A stretch of DNA of 57,812 bases, taken from a virus. Location of the stretch: positions 1-57,812 of the IMG/VR virus record IMGVR_UViG_3300002143_000037; one strand, 5' to 3'. This document shows, in pieces, positions 34,701 to 42,279 of this stretch. The translations under genes and the position numbers were made by a program. Under the pieces are notes generated by a model. The model saw only the letters and a list, made by a program, of their open reading frames with translations. It searched no databases and was not told the origin of the DNA. How positions within the stretch are numbered: the stretch's first letter is position 1; the number at the start of each line of letters is the position of its first letter.

Positions 34701-35360
34701 ATGCGTGATGACATGCGTGTGGTAGATGCCAAAGCCTCTACAGCATTGGCTGGTCAGGTGTCACCGGGTGTTGAAGCTGCAGTGGCTACAGTGGTTGCAC
34801 CTATACCGGGCGCTCGTGACCTGTTACAGAGCCGTCCAAGCCTGTTCCAAGCGACAGAGCAGCAAACCCCTGCGGTGGTCAGGCAAGTCACTGGATCACG
34901 CCCTACACCACCCACAACGGCTATTGAAAAAGAACTGACACGGTTGAACATTCAGCCCTATAGTGTTGTGAAGACAACAGGCAACAGAGACTTGGACAAC
35001 ATTCGCATTGAACTGGCTGCACCAGAGTTTAGAGGTGCGGTGTCTGAGTTGTTGGCTAGTCCAGACTACAAAGCTAAGTCTGCTAATGAACAACAAGTGG
35101 CAATCAAAAGCACCATGAATAAAATATTGTCTGCTTACAAAACAGATGCACAAGAATTGTTCTTGGAAAAGTTTGGCCAGTCTGCTATCAATGCGTTGTA
35201 TGAGAAAGCACCTAACAAGGCTGCACAGGAAGATGCATTCGTTCGTGCATTCAAGCGTAAGCCAACATCTAATGCTGACAAGTTTGCCATCATCGAAGGT
35301 GAGTTTAATGATGTCGGTGTAGTTGGTAAAGCTAAAGGTGGACTAGCAAGTCGTCGGTAG
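31788..35360 (+). CDS. giant protein (1190 aa) ending in AKGGLASRR, candidate internal/ejection protein
   Basis: The N-terminus has FNFEE x3, KPTPQQIERIASQP and a duplicated SVTAPI.GEGGAAFGMVPK (34-nt identical DNA at 31959 and 32130). The C-terminus is GKAKGGLASRR. Last gene of the + arm. Confidence 0.8.
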   Translation: MATFNFEEDKTTPSFNFEEKPNTFNFEEESTQALKPTPQQIERIASQPVPSVTAPITGEGGAAFGMVPKAGGKARPVEAKKPIEIATGKDFTGLDTAIEKLTPKSQPSVTAPIEGEGGAAFGMVPKQKFGGRNIGLTPEVAAQSPEIVQFATDYFKSSRPNKPIPKDPVKLMTEFRSSFNKDTLDEVRDLTRLLNASPQQKEMEIKARDVATKMGGDVMETVANVATDPFTYVGAGAGWAYKQAALRTTQSLARTQLKTAGVTALTEGVVAGGTNIVQQKQDVQLAVRDEVSYLETAVVAGLSMAVEGAVAAKTVASGGKRTAERIDDLRATAKPTASDKATEDFKAKFAEKEKQVLAPLFESSTERQAAREATFDTVSPPTDAMQSVLKKPIVDDIFKVAKQLFIDNPDLRPNLEEVRTVQGIVDALNVADEDVIQQAASRAGVKPADFLEMFKVQASEAGAFLQQAKSTADMLRKMTNGDPQLEDAFKRMLNAGAGTEYLSGKILGGIKTTTGASVGASTAGLSTAVMNAIGLTGTLGIQVAGDVMEATIKSAGRMVNDLRGGGAPINSTRVQEEIGTIFADGGFVLSKLMDAGYTKELADMALKNNPRLNNLITNVGAEVETQGGSPVNDVIRTLNIFNRAVDGVVRGPIFVQSVKNRMKDVGLDFEDFIANDKPVPTSLLKAAAEDTMKMTFSYSFKNTGEKSIEGLSEDLAFKTLQTINSNAGAGVIKDFVAPFIRFQLNAVRYTYRMTPFSGVGGIQEINKALELFARGKTLEAEGVAYDAKRKVLDSAVGTAAIVGAIAFREDNSDVAFYQYKDEDGNVKDGSTLFPYVNIMALAEASLVMKDIGKELWYTTTMSPEERATEATKIKEQADALPDNDPQKQSLTNQYELLQLGRVRNFEGGKFAEIIAGMGRSAGVQKSVFNTLAETVEGGITESMEKKGGQVVGDFISRFDNVLSPIYDAVNFMRDDMRVVDAKASTALAGQVSPGVEAAVATVVAPIPGARDLLQSRPSLFQATEQQTPAVVRQVTGSRPTPPTTAIEKELTRLNIQPYSVVKTTGNRDLDNIRIELAAPEFRGAVSELLASPDYKAKSANEQQVAIKSTMNKILSAYKTDAQELFLEKFGQSAINALYEKAPNKAAQEDAFVRAFKRKPTSNADKFAIIEGEFNDVGVVGKAKGGLASRR

Positions 35361-35373
35361 TACCGACAAAAAG

Positions 35374-35405
35374 AAAGGGGTAGCCGTTATAGCTACCCCT
35401 TTTTG
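35374..35405. terminator. Bidirectional rho-independent terminator where the two arms converge
   Basis: AAAGGGGTAGC-CGTTATA-GCTACCCCTTTT: an 11-bp stem with an A-run 5' and a T-run 3', so it is usable on both strands. Confidence 0.85.
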
Positions 35406-35406
35406 T

Positions 35407-35787
35407 TTACACCTTGAACGCTTCTTTAAGCTGCTCTGTTGCAGCCTCAATAAGCTTGGGATGCCTGAACTGATAGATGTCAGGAATCTTCAACACATGA
35501 TGCTCCATGTTCTCAATGAGTTCTTCAAGATCAAACTTAGCAGCAAGGTAGTTTCCTTCATCAACAAACACCACAGCGTCTGCCCACTGAAGCTGTACCT
35601 CATCCAACACAATCAAAGCATATTCGCTGGATGTACCAACTGCTCTGGTGTTGTAGTTGAACGGCTCGTTAGACAAGATCCACGCCAGTGTAGGGCTACG
35701 TAGCAGTCCAGCAGAACAGACACATAGCACCTTCTTTGCTTTGCCTTGATGCGGGTTACGCATGTTATGTAGACGATTGAATGTCAT
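35407..35787 (-). CDS. low-molecular-weight phosphatase (LMW-PTP/ArsC fold)
   Basis: The P-loop KKVLCVCSAGLLRSP is the C-X5-R-(S/T) signature near the N-terminus. 126 aa. There is a possible general-acid Asp in KIPDIY. Confidence 0.65.
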   Translation of the reverse strand: MTFNRLHNMRNPHQGKAKKVLCVCSAGLLRSPTLAWILSNEPFNYNTRAVGTSSEYALIVLDEVQLQWADAVVFVDEGNYLAAKFDLEELIENMEHHVLKIPDIYQFRHPKLIEAATEQLKEAFKV

Positions 35788-35960
35788 TTGCTGATCCTTG
35801 CAAGGTTGTCGAAGTAGGCAGCATCAAAGCCTCGTTGCCATTCTTTACCAGCCACTGAATCAGGATCATACTGGTTGCTCATCCAGCCACGAGTGAAGGC
35901 ATAGTGGCCTTGACCAAACTGAATCTTCAATGGTGCTGGTCGTTCAGGACGTTGTTGCAT
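35784..35960 (-). CDS. small protein (58 aa), weakly Rmf/CrpP-like
   Basis: GGAG lies 6 nt upstream of ATG 35960, which I prefer to the listed longer ORF. GQGHYAFTRGW...KEWQRGFDAAY is loosely reminiscent of the ribosome-modulation-factor/CrpP family. Confidence 0.4.
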   Translation of the reverse strand: MQQRPERPAPLKIQFGQGHYAFTRGWMSNQYDPDSVAGKEWQRGFDAAYFDNLARISK

Positions 35961-36240
35961 AATTGTCTCCATAGATTTCATTAGAAAGCAGATAGCCCTC
36001 AAGCTCCCACATCTTGTTGATGGCATCCTCGTAGGCATACTTCTCACCAAGGGCTGTGTTGAACTTAGCAGGGTCTACACAGGCGCTCTTACCAATGATA
36101 AGAAAGCCACAGTGCAGATGCATGAAGCACAGCGTTGTAGTTGTGTCAGGCACAACATAGTACTCCACCTTCTTTGTCTTTGCCTGCATGTCTGTTGTGG
36201 TTACAGACGTGCGCTTGACTGGTTCATTCGGCTGGTTCAT
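35944..36240 (-). CDS. Gp49-like protein (N4 gp49 / Sf6 gp66 family)
   Basis: AAGGAAG SD before ATG 36240. The core CGFLIIGKSACVDPAKFNTALGEKYAYEDAINKMWELEGYLL matches the family as I remember it. Confidence 0.55.
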   Translation of the reverse strand: MNQPNEPVKRTSVTTTDMQAKTKKVEYYVVPDTTTTLCFMHLHCGFLIIGKSACVDPAKFNTALGEKYAYEDAINKMWELEGYLLSNEIYGDNYATTS

Positions 36241-36406
36241 CTGTGTAGCTTCCTTCAACCTTCTTAACAATGTACTGATGTGCCAACACTGCTGCAATGT
36301 GTGCATTGCTTTCTTTGTTGGGTGTCTCAGGCTCGAATGTAATAGAGACTTCCAAACCTCCATCGTTGTTGTCGGTGAAGATGATAGTTGCTTTATTGGG
36401 TTGCAT
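36224..36406 (-). CDS. hypothetical protein (60 aa)
   Basis: An ORF in the operon with short overlaps on both sides. Confidence 0.5.
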   Translation of the reverse strand: MQPNKATIIFTDNNDGGLEVSITFEPETPNKESNAHIAAVLAHQYIVKKVEGSYTDEPAE

Positions 36407-36881
36407 GTGTATGCTCCTTAAGTTGGTTGATTTTCAAGTTGTAGCAATCAGACTTCACAGTGTAGCCGTTGCTGGCATCGATTGTACCCTTCTTCATGAA
36501 GGTGCTGTCAAGCATATATTGCTGCTTGTCATACACACCCAAGAACCACCCTACACTCAAGTCATTCTTCACACGAACGAAGGCATAGAAGTCACACTCT
36601 TGGGTTGTATTTAAACCAGCGATAGAACACTCATAGGTATCCAATGGTTTGACAGAGGTCTGCTTAGTCTTTACATCCACTGTCTTGCCGTTGCTGAGTA
36701 CCAAGTCGTACTCGTAGGTGTTGGCAAGTTCACCACCCATCACCTGTTGAGCAATAGCCTCACTTAGAAAGCCAGCAATGTTGCCCTGCCCTCTGGTGAT
36801 GCTGTTGCGTAGCCTACCCATCTCTGCTGCCTTGTCTCTGGCAGTGACGAGCATGTTACCTGTAACAACTACCTCAATCAC
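36393..36881 (-). CDS. PD-(D/E)XK nuclease-fold protein (candidate)
   Basis: YEYDLVLSNGKTVDVKTK gives the D...(D/E)-x-K arrangement. 162 aa. Confidence 0.5.
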   Translation of the reverse strand: MIEVVVTGNMLVTARDKAAEMGRLRNSITRGQGNIAGFLSEAIAQQVMGGELANTYEYDLVLSNGKTVDVKTKQTSVKPLDTYECSIAGLNTTQECDFYAFVRVKNDLSVGWFLGVYDKQQYMLDSTFMKKGTIDASNGYTVKSDCYNLKINQLKEHTHATQ

Positions 36882-37060
36882 TTCTTACCACCAATCAAGT
36901 TCATTTCACCAATGTGTATCTTGATGAAGGGTAACAAGATGATGATGCCAACAAAGGCAAACAAGCCGTCTTCAATCTCATCGGTGTCTGCGACATAACA
37001 GATTGATTCGTTGTATTCAATGTCGAGGCCCAAGCCTTGTCGTGCTTCTACAAGTATCAT
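36878..37060 (-). CDS. small membrane protein (60 aa)
   Basis: TM segment LFAFVGIIILLPFIKI. 4-nt overlaps with both neighbours. Confidence 0.45.
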   Translation of the reverse strand: MILVEARQGLGLDIEYNESICYVADTDEIEDGLFAFVGIIILLPFIKIHIGEMNLIGGKK

Positions 37061-37806
37061 GGTTGTCGATCCTCATAGAGTGTCTTAGCAATGATGTAGT
37101 TCTTCACCAAGCTACTACGAACAATGTCATCCATGCCAAACTCAAAGCGGCTGAACTCTCGCATGCCCTGCACAATGTCCAAGAACTTTGGCAAGCCTGT
37201 CTTGTCATCCTTCTTCTTCAAGTCAGTTTGTCTAATGTCACCGCAATAGATAATCTTCGATGTGTGACCGACACGTGTAACGATGGTGTCGAGTTCTTCG
37301 AAGGTCATGTTCTGAATTTCATCAGCCAACAAGATGGAGTTGGTGAAGGTGGTTCCACGAATAAAGCTGGTAGAGATGAACTCAATGTAGCCTTGTTCAG
37401 ACAACCTATCCCATGCATCCTTGCGGTTGAACAGGTCAGCACAGATTTGACGATAGGGCTGGATGAATGTCTCCATCTTCTCGTTAGCATCACCGGGTAA
37501 GAAACCCATGTCACGGCTTTGTACAGAGCTACGAACAATGACAACCTTCTTGTAAGGGCTGCTCTTATCCATCACTTCTTCGAGCGCTTTATACAGGGCA
37601 ATGTATGTCTTGCCTGTACCAGCTACACCATGCAGACACATGAAGTAGTCTCCTGCATTGTATGCATCAAAGAACTCTTTCTGCTTTGCTGTCTTAGGTT
37701 GGATAGTTGCCATGTCGTCAAGACGTACACGCAAGCTATTGTTCTTTGTGGCTGGTGCTGGTGCGTCAGGGATGACGTGGGGCACTACTCGCTTCTTCGT
37801 TACCAT
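37057..37806 (-). CDS. phoH: PhoH-like ATPase
   Basis: Walker A GVAGTGKTY and Walker B ILLADEIQNMT, with typical PhoH length and layout. Confidence 0.9.
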   Translation of the reverse strand: MVTKKRVVPHVIPDAPAPATKNNSLRVRLDDMATIQPKTAKQKEFFDAYNAGDYFMCLHGVAGTGKTYIALYKALEEVMDKSSPYKKVVIVRSSVQSRDMGFLPGDANEKMETFIQPYRQICADLFNRKDAWDRLSEQGYIEFISTSFIRGTTFTNSILLADEIQNMTFEELDTIVTRVGHTSKIIYCGDIRQTDLKKKDDKTGLPKFLDIVQGMREFSRFEFGMDDIVRSSLVKNYIIAKTLYEDRQP

Positions 37807-37827
37807 CGATACTTCCTTTGGTTGTGA

Positions 37828-37850
37828 AGAAGCCCCGACATGGGGCTTCT
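37828..37850 (-). other. GC-rich 9-bp hairpin between genes (terminator/processing site candidate)
   Basis: AGAAGCCCC-GACAT-GGGGCTTCT, with no clear U-run on either strand. Confidence 0.35.
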
Positions 37851-37859
37851 TAGGGGATA

Positions 37860-38042
37860 TTATAAGCTAGTTCCAATCTCTACAAACTCAAAGCTGAGTT
37901 GCCAGAGATGTGCATAGCTAGGTTGAGTGCGAAGCCAAGCTAGAAACTTGTCTTGTGCATCAGAGATGGTGTTGGCTTCAACGTGCAATACACCCTTGAA
38001 CACATTGTTCTGGCTGCTATAGCTGACAGTGAAGTGCCTCAT
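37860..38042 (-). CDS. hypothetical protein (60 aa)
   Basis: ATGA-type overlap with the nrdB stop. Confidence 0.5.
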   Translation of the reverse strand: MRHFTVSYSSQNNVFKGVLHVEANTISDAQDKFLAWLRTQPSYAHLWQLSFEFVEIGTSL

Positions 38043-38998
38043 GCTGCCCTACCCCACACATCATCCCATGTGCCAGTCTGAGCACCCTTGCTATAGTCTG
38101 TAACCTTCTGCTCAAAGAAGTTGGTGTGAGATGTACCAAGCATACCATCGACCCAAGGCAAAGGGTTCTTCTTAATCTTGTAGATGCCCTTCATACCCAT
38201 AGCAATGAGGCGACGATCTGCAATGTAACGAATGTACTGTTTCACTTCTTCTTTGGTGAGCTTCTCAACTTCCACCATACCGAAAGCAAGATCAATGAAC
38301 TGGTCTTCAAGAGCCACCATCTCCTTAGCAATCTCTTTAATCTGCTCAGGTGTTGTTTCGTCTTGGTGATGTTTAACATATTCACGGTATACCTTAATCA
38401 TTCCTTCAGCATGCATGGTCTCGTCAAGGATGGACCAGCTAATGATTTGACCAAGCCCTTTCAGCTTACCGTTACGTGCAAAGTTGAGCAACATAACAAA
38501 GCTTGAGAACAACTGCATACCTTCACCGAACGCAGAGATGACAGCAATCTTCTCAGCCACTGGTGCAGTGTTCAAGCGTTGCAGGTAGTCGTGCTTCTCA
38601 ACCATCTCACCATACTGCAAGAACTCGTTGTAGGTTGACTCAGGCAATCCCAATGTCTCAATCAAGTGTGCATAGGCTGCAACGTGCAAAGCTTCACGGG
38701 CAGCAAACCCGCTCATCATCATTCGCACTTCCGGTTGACGGAACAAAGGAATGTAATGGTCGTGGTAGCCACTGCCAATATCCAAGTCACCCTGCACAAA
38801 GAAGCGCAAGATCTTTGTTAGAAACTCTTGTTCTTCTTTACCAAGTTTCTTGTAGTCTTTAACGTCCTCTGACATAGGCACTTCAGTGTGCAGCCAATGA
38901 GACTGCTCATGTTGCAACCACGCATCGTATGCCCATTGATAAAGCATAGGTTTGAATGTGGTACGTTCTTGTGTAATGTCGGCTTTAGTCTTTGTCAT
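38039..38998 (-). CDS. nrdB: ribonucleotide reductase class I beta subunit
   Basis: Di-iron ligand contexts FAAREALHVAAY, FGEGMQLFSSF and ILDETMHAEG. ATG 38998 with a GAAGG SD, directly after the nrdA stop. Confidence 0.9.
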   Translation of the reverse strand: MTKTKADITQERTTFKPMLYQWAYDAWLQHEQSHWLHTEVPMSEDVKDYKKLGKEEQEFLTKILRFFVQGDLDIGSGYHDHYIPLFRQPEVRMMMSGFAAREALHVAAYAHLIETLGLPESTYNEFLQYGEMVEKHDYLQRLNTAPVAEKIAVISAFGEGMQLFSSFVMLLNFARNGKLKGLGQIISWSILDETMHAEGMIKVYREYVKHHQDETTPEQIKEIAKEMVALEDQFIDLAFGMVEVEKLTKEEVKQYIRYIADRRLIAMGMKGIYKIKKNPLPWVDGMLGTSHTNFFEQKVTDYSKGAQTGTWDDVWGRAA

Positions 38999-39000
38999 AT

Positions 39001-40779
39001 TCAACCTTCGCAAGCTAAGCAGGTGTCACCATCTGCAATTTGTTTTAAATCAATCTCATCTTCAATGCGTTGGCGTTTAATCTGTGCGCCAACCTTATCT
39101 GCCTTCTTCACTTTCTCACTGCGAAGATAGTACAAACTCTTCAGTCCACTCTTCCAAGCAAGGAAGTGAACGCTGTGCAGATACTTCACAGACACGTTAG
39201 CAGGGAAGAACAGATTCACACTCTGTCCCTGATCAATGTACTTCTGACGATCTGCAGCAAGCTCAATCAACCACCGCTGATCAATCTCCATCGCTGTCTT
39301 GTACACTTCCTTCAGCTTCTCAGGCACGTCCAGATGCTGAATAGAGCCATCGTTGCTGATGATGGATGCCCATGTATCGTCATCATCTTTACCAAGCTGT
39401 GCAAGCTCTGCTTTGAGGAAACGATTCTTGTATACAAACGCACCAGACAATGTATCTTGACGGAATACGTTAGCACGGTAGGGTTCGATTGATGGGGATG
39501 TGTTGCCCATGATTAAGCTGCTGCTGGCATTGGGAGCAATAGCAGTCCAATGGCTGAAGCGACGACGAGCACCACTGAGATGTGCGTCAGGGCATTCACC
39601 ACGTGACGTAACCAAGATGGCATCACCAATCGTACATTGGTTATGAATGTGTTTGAAGATTTCATTGTTGTAACTCTTAGCCAGTACACCATCAATGGCA
39701 ACACCTTTCTTCTGCAAGAAAGCATGGAAGCCTAGTGTGCCAATACCGATACTACGTTCCATGAGAGCGCTGGCACGAGCACGAGCGATAGTGTCTGGGG
39801 CATTGTCAATAAAATATTGCAACACATTGTCCAGCATCTCCATAACGTCAAGGATAAATTGATTGTTCTTTTTCCAGTCATCGTAGTATTCCAAGTTCAG
39901 TGAAGACAAGCAGCACACGGCTGTACGTTTCTCGTTTGTTGGCAAGAAGATTTCGGTGCAGAGGTTACTACCGTTGATGGTGAAACCCTTGTCTTTCAAC
40001 CATGATGGCATAGCTTTGTTGGCTGTGTCAATGAACACCAGATATGGCTCACCTGTTTGCATACGCAGGTCCAAGATCTTTTGCCACAAATACTTAGCCG
40101 ACACTGTCTCAACCACTTCACCGTTGGCAGGGTTGACCAAGTTAAAGCTGTCGTCTGTGTTGTCATCTTTCATGCATCGTTCGATGATGTTCATGAACTC
40201 GTCAGACATGTTGATGCCGTGGTGCATGTTCAAGGTGCGAACGTTCTGATCACCAGTGGGCTTACGCATCTCCAAGAATTGAATGATGTCGGGGTGATTG
40301 ATGTTGAGGTAGGCAGCATAGCTACCACGGCGTGTGCGTCCTTGACGGTAGGCCAATGAACTAGCATCATAGATTTTCAAGTGTGGCATGACACCAGTGG
40401 ACTTGTCATCGCTGTTACGAATACCAACGTGAATACCAACACCACCACCCATCATCGAGAGCCAGTTAGTCTCTGAAAGATTGTCGACCAAACCTTCTGC
40501 ACTATCATCCATGTAGTTAAGAAAACAGCTAATAGGAAGCCCGCGTTTAGACCTGCCGAAAGATAGGATAGGAGTAGAATAGCTGAGCCAATGTTTACTA
40601 GAGTAGTCATACAGTCGCTGAGCATGTTCTTGATTGCTGGCAAATGCTGCCGATACAAATGCGAAACGTTCTTGTGGAGATACTTCATCATCTTTCATGT
40701 AGCTTTCTTTAAGACGTTGAAGCCCTAGCTCATCAAACAATGCGTCACGGGATAGGTCAATGTCAACCTTGAATGTCAT
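39001..40779 (-). CDS. nrdA: ribonucleotide reductase class I alpha subunit
   Basis: Active-site GSNLCTEI and the C-terminal redox pair CLACEG. It is paired with the beta subunit. 592 aa. Confidence 0.92.
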   Translation of the reverse strand: MTFKVDIDLSRDALFDELGLQRLKESYMKDDEVSPQERFAFVSAAFASNQEHAQRLYDYSSKHWLSYSTPILSFGRSKRGLPISCFLNYMDDSAEGLVDNLSETNWLSMMGGGVGIHVGIRNSDDKSTGVMPHLKIYDASSLAYRQGRTRRGSYAAYLNINHPDIIQFLEMRKPTGDQNVRTLNMHHGINMSDEFMNIIERCMKDDNTDDSFNLVNPANGEVVETVSAKYLWQKILDLRMQTGEPYLVFIDTANKAMPSWLKDKGFTINGSNLCTEIFLPTNEKRTAVCCLSSLNLEYYDDWKKNNQFILDVMEMLDNVLQYFIDNAPDTIARARASALMERSIGIGTLGFHAFLQKKGVAIDGVLAKSYNNEIFKHIHNQCTIGDAILVTSRGECPDAHLSGARRRFSHWTAIAPNASSSLIMGNTSPSIEPYRANVFRQDTLSGAFVYKNRFLKAELAQLGKDDDDTWASIISNDGSIQHLDVPEKLKEVYKTAMEIDQRWLIELAADRQKYIDQGQSVNLFFPANVSVKYLHSVHFLAWKSGLKSLYYLRSEKVKKADKVGAQIKRQRIEDEIDLKQIADGDTCLACEG

Positions 40780-40797
40780 GTAATACCTTAGTGTTAG

Positions 40798-40824
40798 AGG
40801 AAAAGAAAGCAGCCGAAGCTGCTT
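40798..40824 (-). terminator. Rho-independent terminator after mazG (minus strand)
   Basis: On the minus strand: AAGCAGC-TTCG-GCTGCTT followed by TCTTTTCC. Confidence 0.7.
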
Positions 40825-40853
40825 AGGTGTGGGAGGGACAGAAGTTATACCAC

Positions 40854-41168
40854 CTATCGGAGGTCGCCGCTGCCCTGAATGACATTACGTTTTTGTCGTG
40901 ATGCCAGCTTCTCAAGGTTGTGTGTGGCAATTTCACACAAGCTCAAACCGTGGTCTTTAGCGACGGCAGCAACCTGCCACATCACATCACCAAGTTCTTT
41001 CTTGATGTCGATATTGTATTGCTCAACATCGCCCCCATCTCGGCGGTGCTTTGCTGCCTTACCTGCCACTTCACCAGCTTCTGCGAAGAGGTTGAGTAGT
41101 GCATACTCACGATCTGCTGTAGGCAAACGGAAGGTCATTGCTGACCGTTGGTATTGATCAAGATTCAT
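40854..41168 (-). CDS. mazG: MazG-like nucleoside triphosphate pyrophosphohydrolase
   Basis: LFAEAGEVAGK...KELGDVMWQVAAVA...NLEKLASRQ gives the EXXE/EXXD MazG helices. Confidence 0.8.
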   Translation of the reverse strand: MNLDQYQRSAMTFRLPTADREYALLNLFAEAGEVAGKAAKHRRDGGDVEQYNIDIKKELGDVMWQVAAVAKDHGLSLCEIATHNLEKLASRQKRNVIQGSGDLR

Positions 41169-41335
41169 TCTGTTTCCTCTGTTGGTGTTGCTGCTTTACC
41201 AGCTTCAATAGCGTCTTTGAGGCAGGCGATAAGTGCATAGCGTATCAGAAACTCTTTAGCTTCTTCATCCATGTTGACATTGAAGTTGGCAGAGCCGTCT
41301 TCGTTTTCGCTGTAGTTTTCAAGTTCGATTTTCAT
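41165..41335 (-). CDS. small acidic protein (56 aa), not in the supplied ORF track
   Basis: My own translation: MKIELENYSENEDGSANFNVNMDEEAKEFLIRYALIACLKDAIEAGKAATPTEETE. GAGGA SD 7 nt upstream. ATGA overlap with the mazG start. Confidence 0.5.
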   Translation of the reverse strand: MKIELENYSENEDGSANFNVNMDEEAKEFLIRYALIACLKDAIEAGKAATPTEETE

Positions 41336-41344
41336 TTGAGTTCC

Positions 41345-41548
41345 TCAGTATGGTCCGTTGTGATGTTCAATTGCTGTATGAAAGTCAGCACTGAAGCTTT
41401 CAACAACATCAACTATATCACCATCATGCTTGAGCGCAAGTTTCATTTGGTTATTGAAATCACAGAGAAGGTTGTAATAGTTTTTAGCATTCAAGTACAT
41501 CCTCATCTCATCAACATCTTCACATTCAATTATGATTTGAAAGCTCAT
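41345..41548 (-). CDS. hypothetical protein (67 aa)
   Basis: ATGA-type coupling with the upstream HNH gene. Confidence 0.5.
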   Translation of the reverse strand: MSFQIIIECEDVDEMRMYLNAKNYYNLLCDFNNQMKLALKHDGDIVDVVESFSADFHTAIEHHNGPY

Positions 41549-41943
41549 ACTTTCTTTTTCCTTTCAAGTTTCTCTGAGTCAGTCTTTACTTTATGACATG
41601 GTTTACACATCACCTGCAGATTCTCTATCTCACAGAAGATGCGGTTGATGAAACTGTCCCAGCTAACAAACCCTTTCTTGGGGTCTACAACGGGTTCAAT
41701 GTGATCGACCTGTACATCAGCAGCAACAAAGAGCTTCTTGCAGTCAGCGCACTTGTAATGCATCGCCAGCTTACCCGTCTTAGCATTCACCTTCCTGCCT
41801 ACGAAAGCTTCCTTCAAAGCCTTGTACTTCGGAGGCCAACGCCGTGATGCAGCACGTAAGGCGGAGGTCACGAAAGATTTGAATCGTGCCTCTGTCCATT
41901 CACCACCGTTGCGTTTCTTATCTGTCACTTGGTACAGCTTCAA
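41545..41943 (-). CDS. HNH endonuclease
   Basis: CADCKKLF...VQVDHIEPV...NLQVMCKPCHKVKT is the classical H-N-H core with Cys pairs. Confidence 0.8.
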   Translation of the reverse strand: MKLYQVTDKKRNGGEWTEARFKSFVTSALRAASRRWPPKYKALKEAFVGRKVNAKTGKLAMHYKCADCKKLFVAADVQVDHIEPVVDPKKGFVSWDSFINRIFCEIENLQVMCKPCHKVKTDSEKLERKKKV

Positions 41944-42109
41944 AGGCTAGGTTGCTCATGTCCAACATGTCTGAGGGATCAACTAAGATGTTCTGCACAA
42001 TGTCACAAACATCAGCAACATCCAACGCAACGAAGTAGAAGAAGTTGTCTTCACTCTCCTCCACTGCTACAACAAAGCCGTTCTCGGCATCAGTGATTGT
42101 CAGTTTCAT
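41918..42109 (-). CDS. hypothetical acidic protein (63 aa)
   Basis: An ORF in the operon that overlaps both neighbours. Confidence 0.45.
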   Translation of the reverse strand: MKLTITDAENGFVVAVEESEDNFFYFVALDVADVCDIVQNILVDPSDMLDMSNLAFEAVPSDR

Positions 42110-42279
42110 TCGAGTCCTTCCACATCAACTTTGTTGAATGTAATGTCAGCATCAAGCCTACTCATAGCATAGATGATGTGTTCCTTCACTGTCTCGACAA
42201 GGTAGTCTTCGTTGGTGTACTCAGCACCCAAGTCTTCAACATCAATCTCTGCTTCAAATGTCACTGTTACTTTTGTCAT
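42106..42279 (-). CDS. small acidic protein (57 aa), not in the supplied ORF track
   Basis: My own codon-by-codon translation: MTKVTVTFEAEIDVEDLGAEYTNEDYLVETVKEHIIYAMSRLDADITFNKVDVEGLE. AGGAG SD 6 nt upstream. ATGA overlap downstream. Confidence 0.45.
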   Translation of the reverse strand: MTKVTVTFEAEIDVEDLGAEYTNEDYLVETVKEHIIYAMSRLDADITFNKVDVEGLE

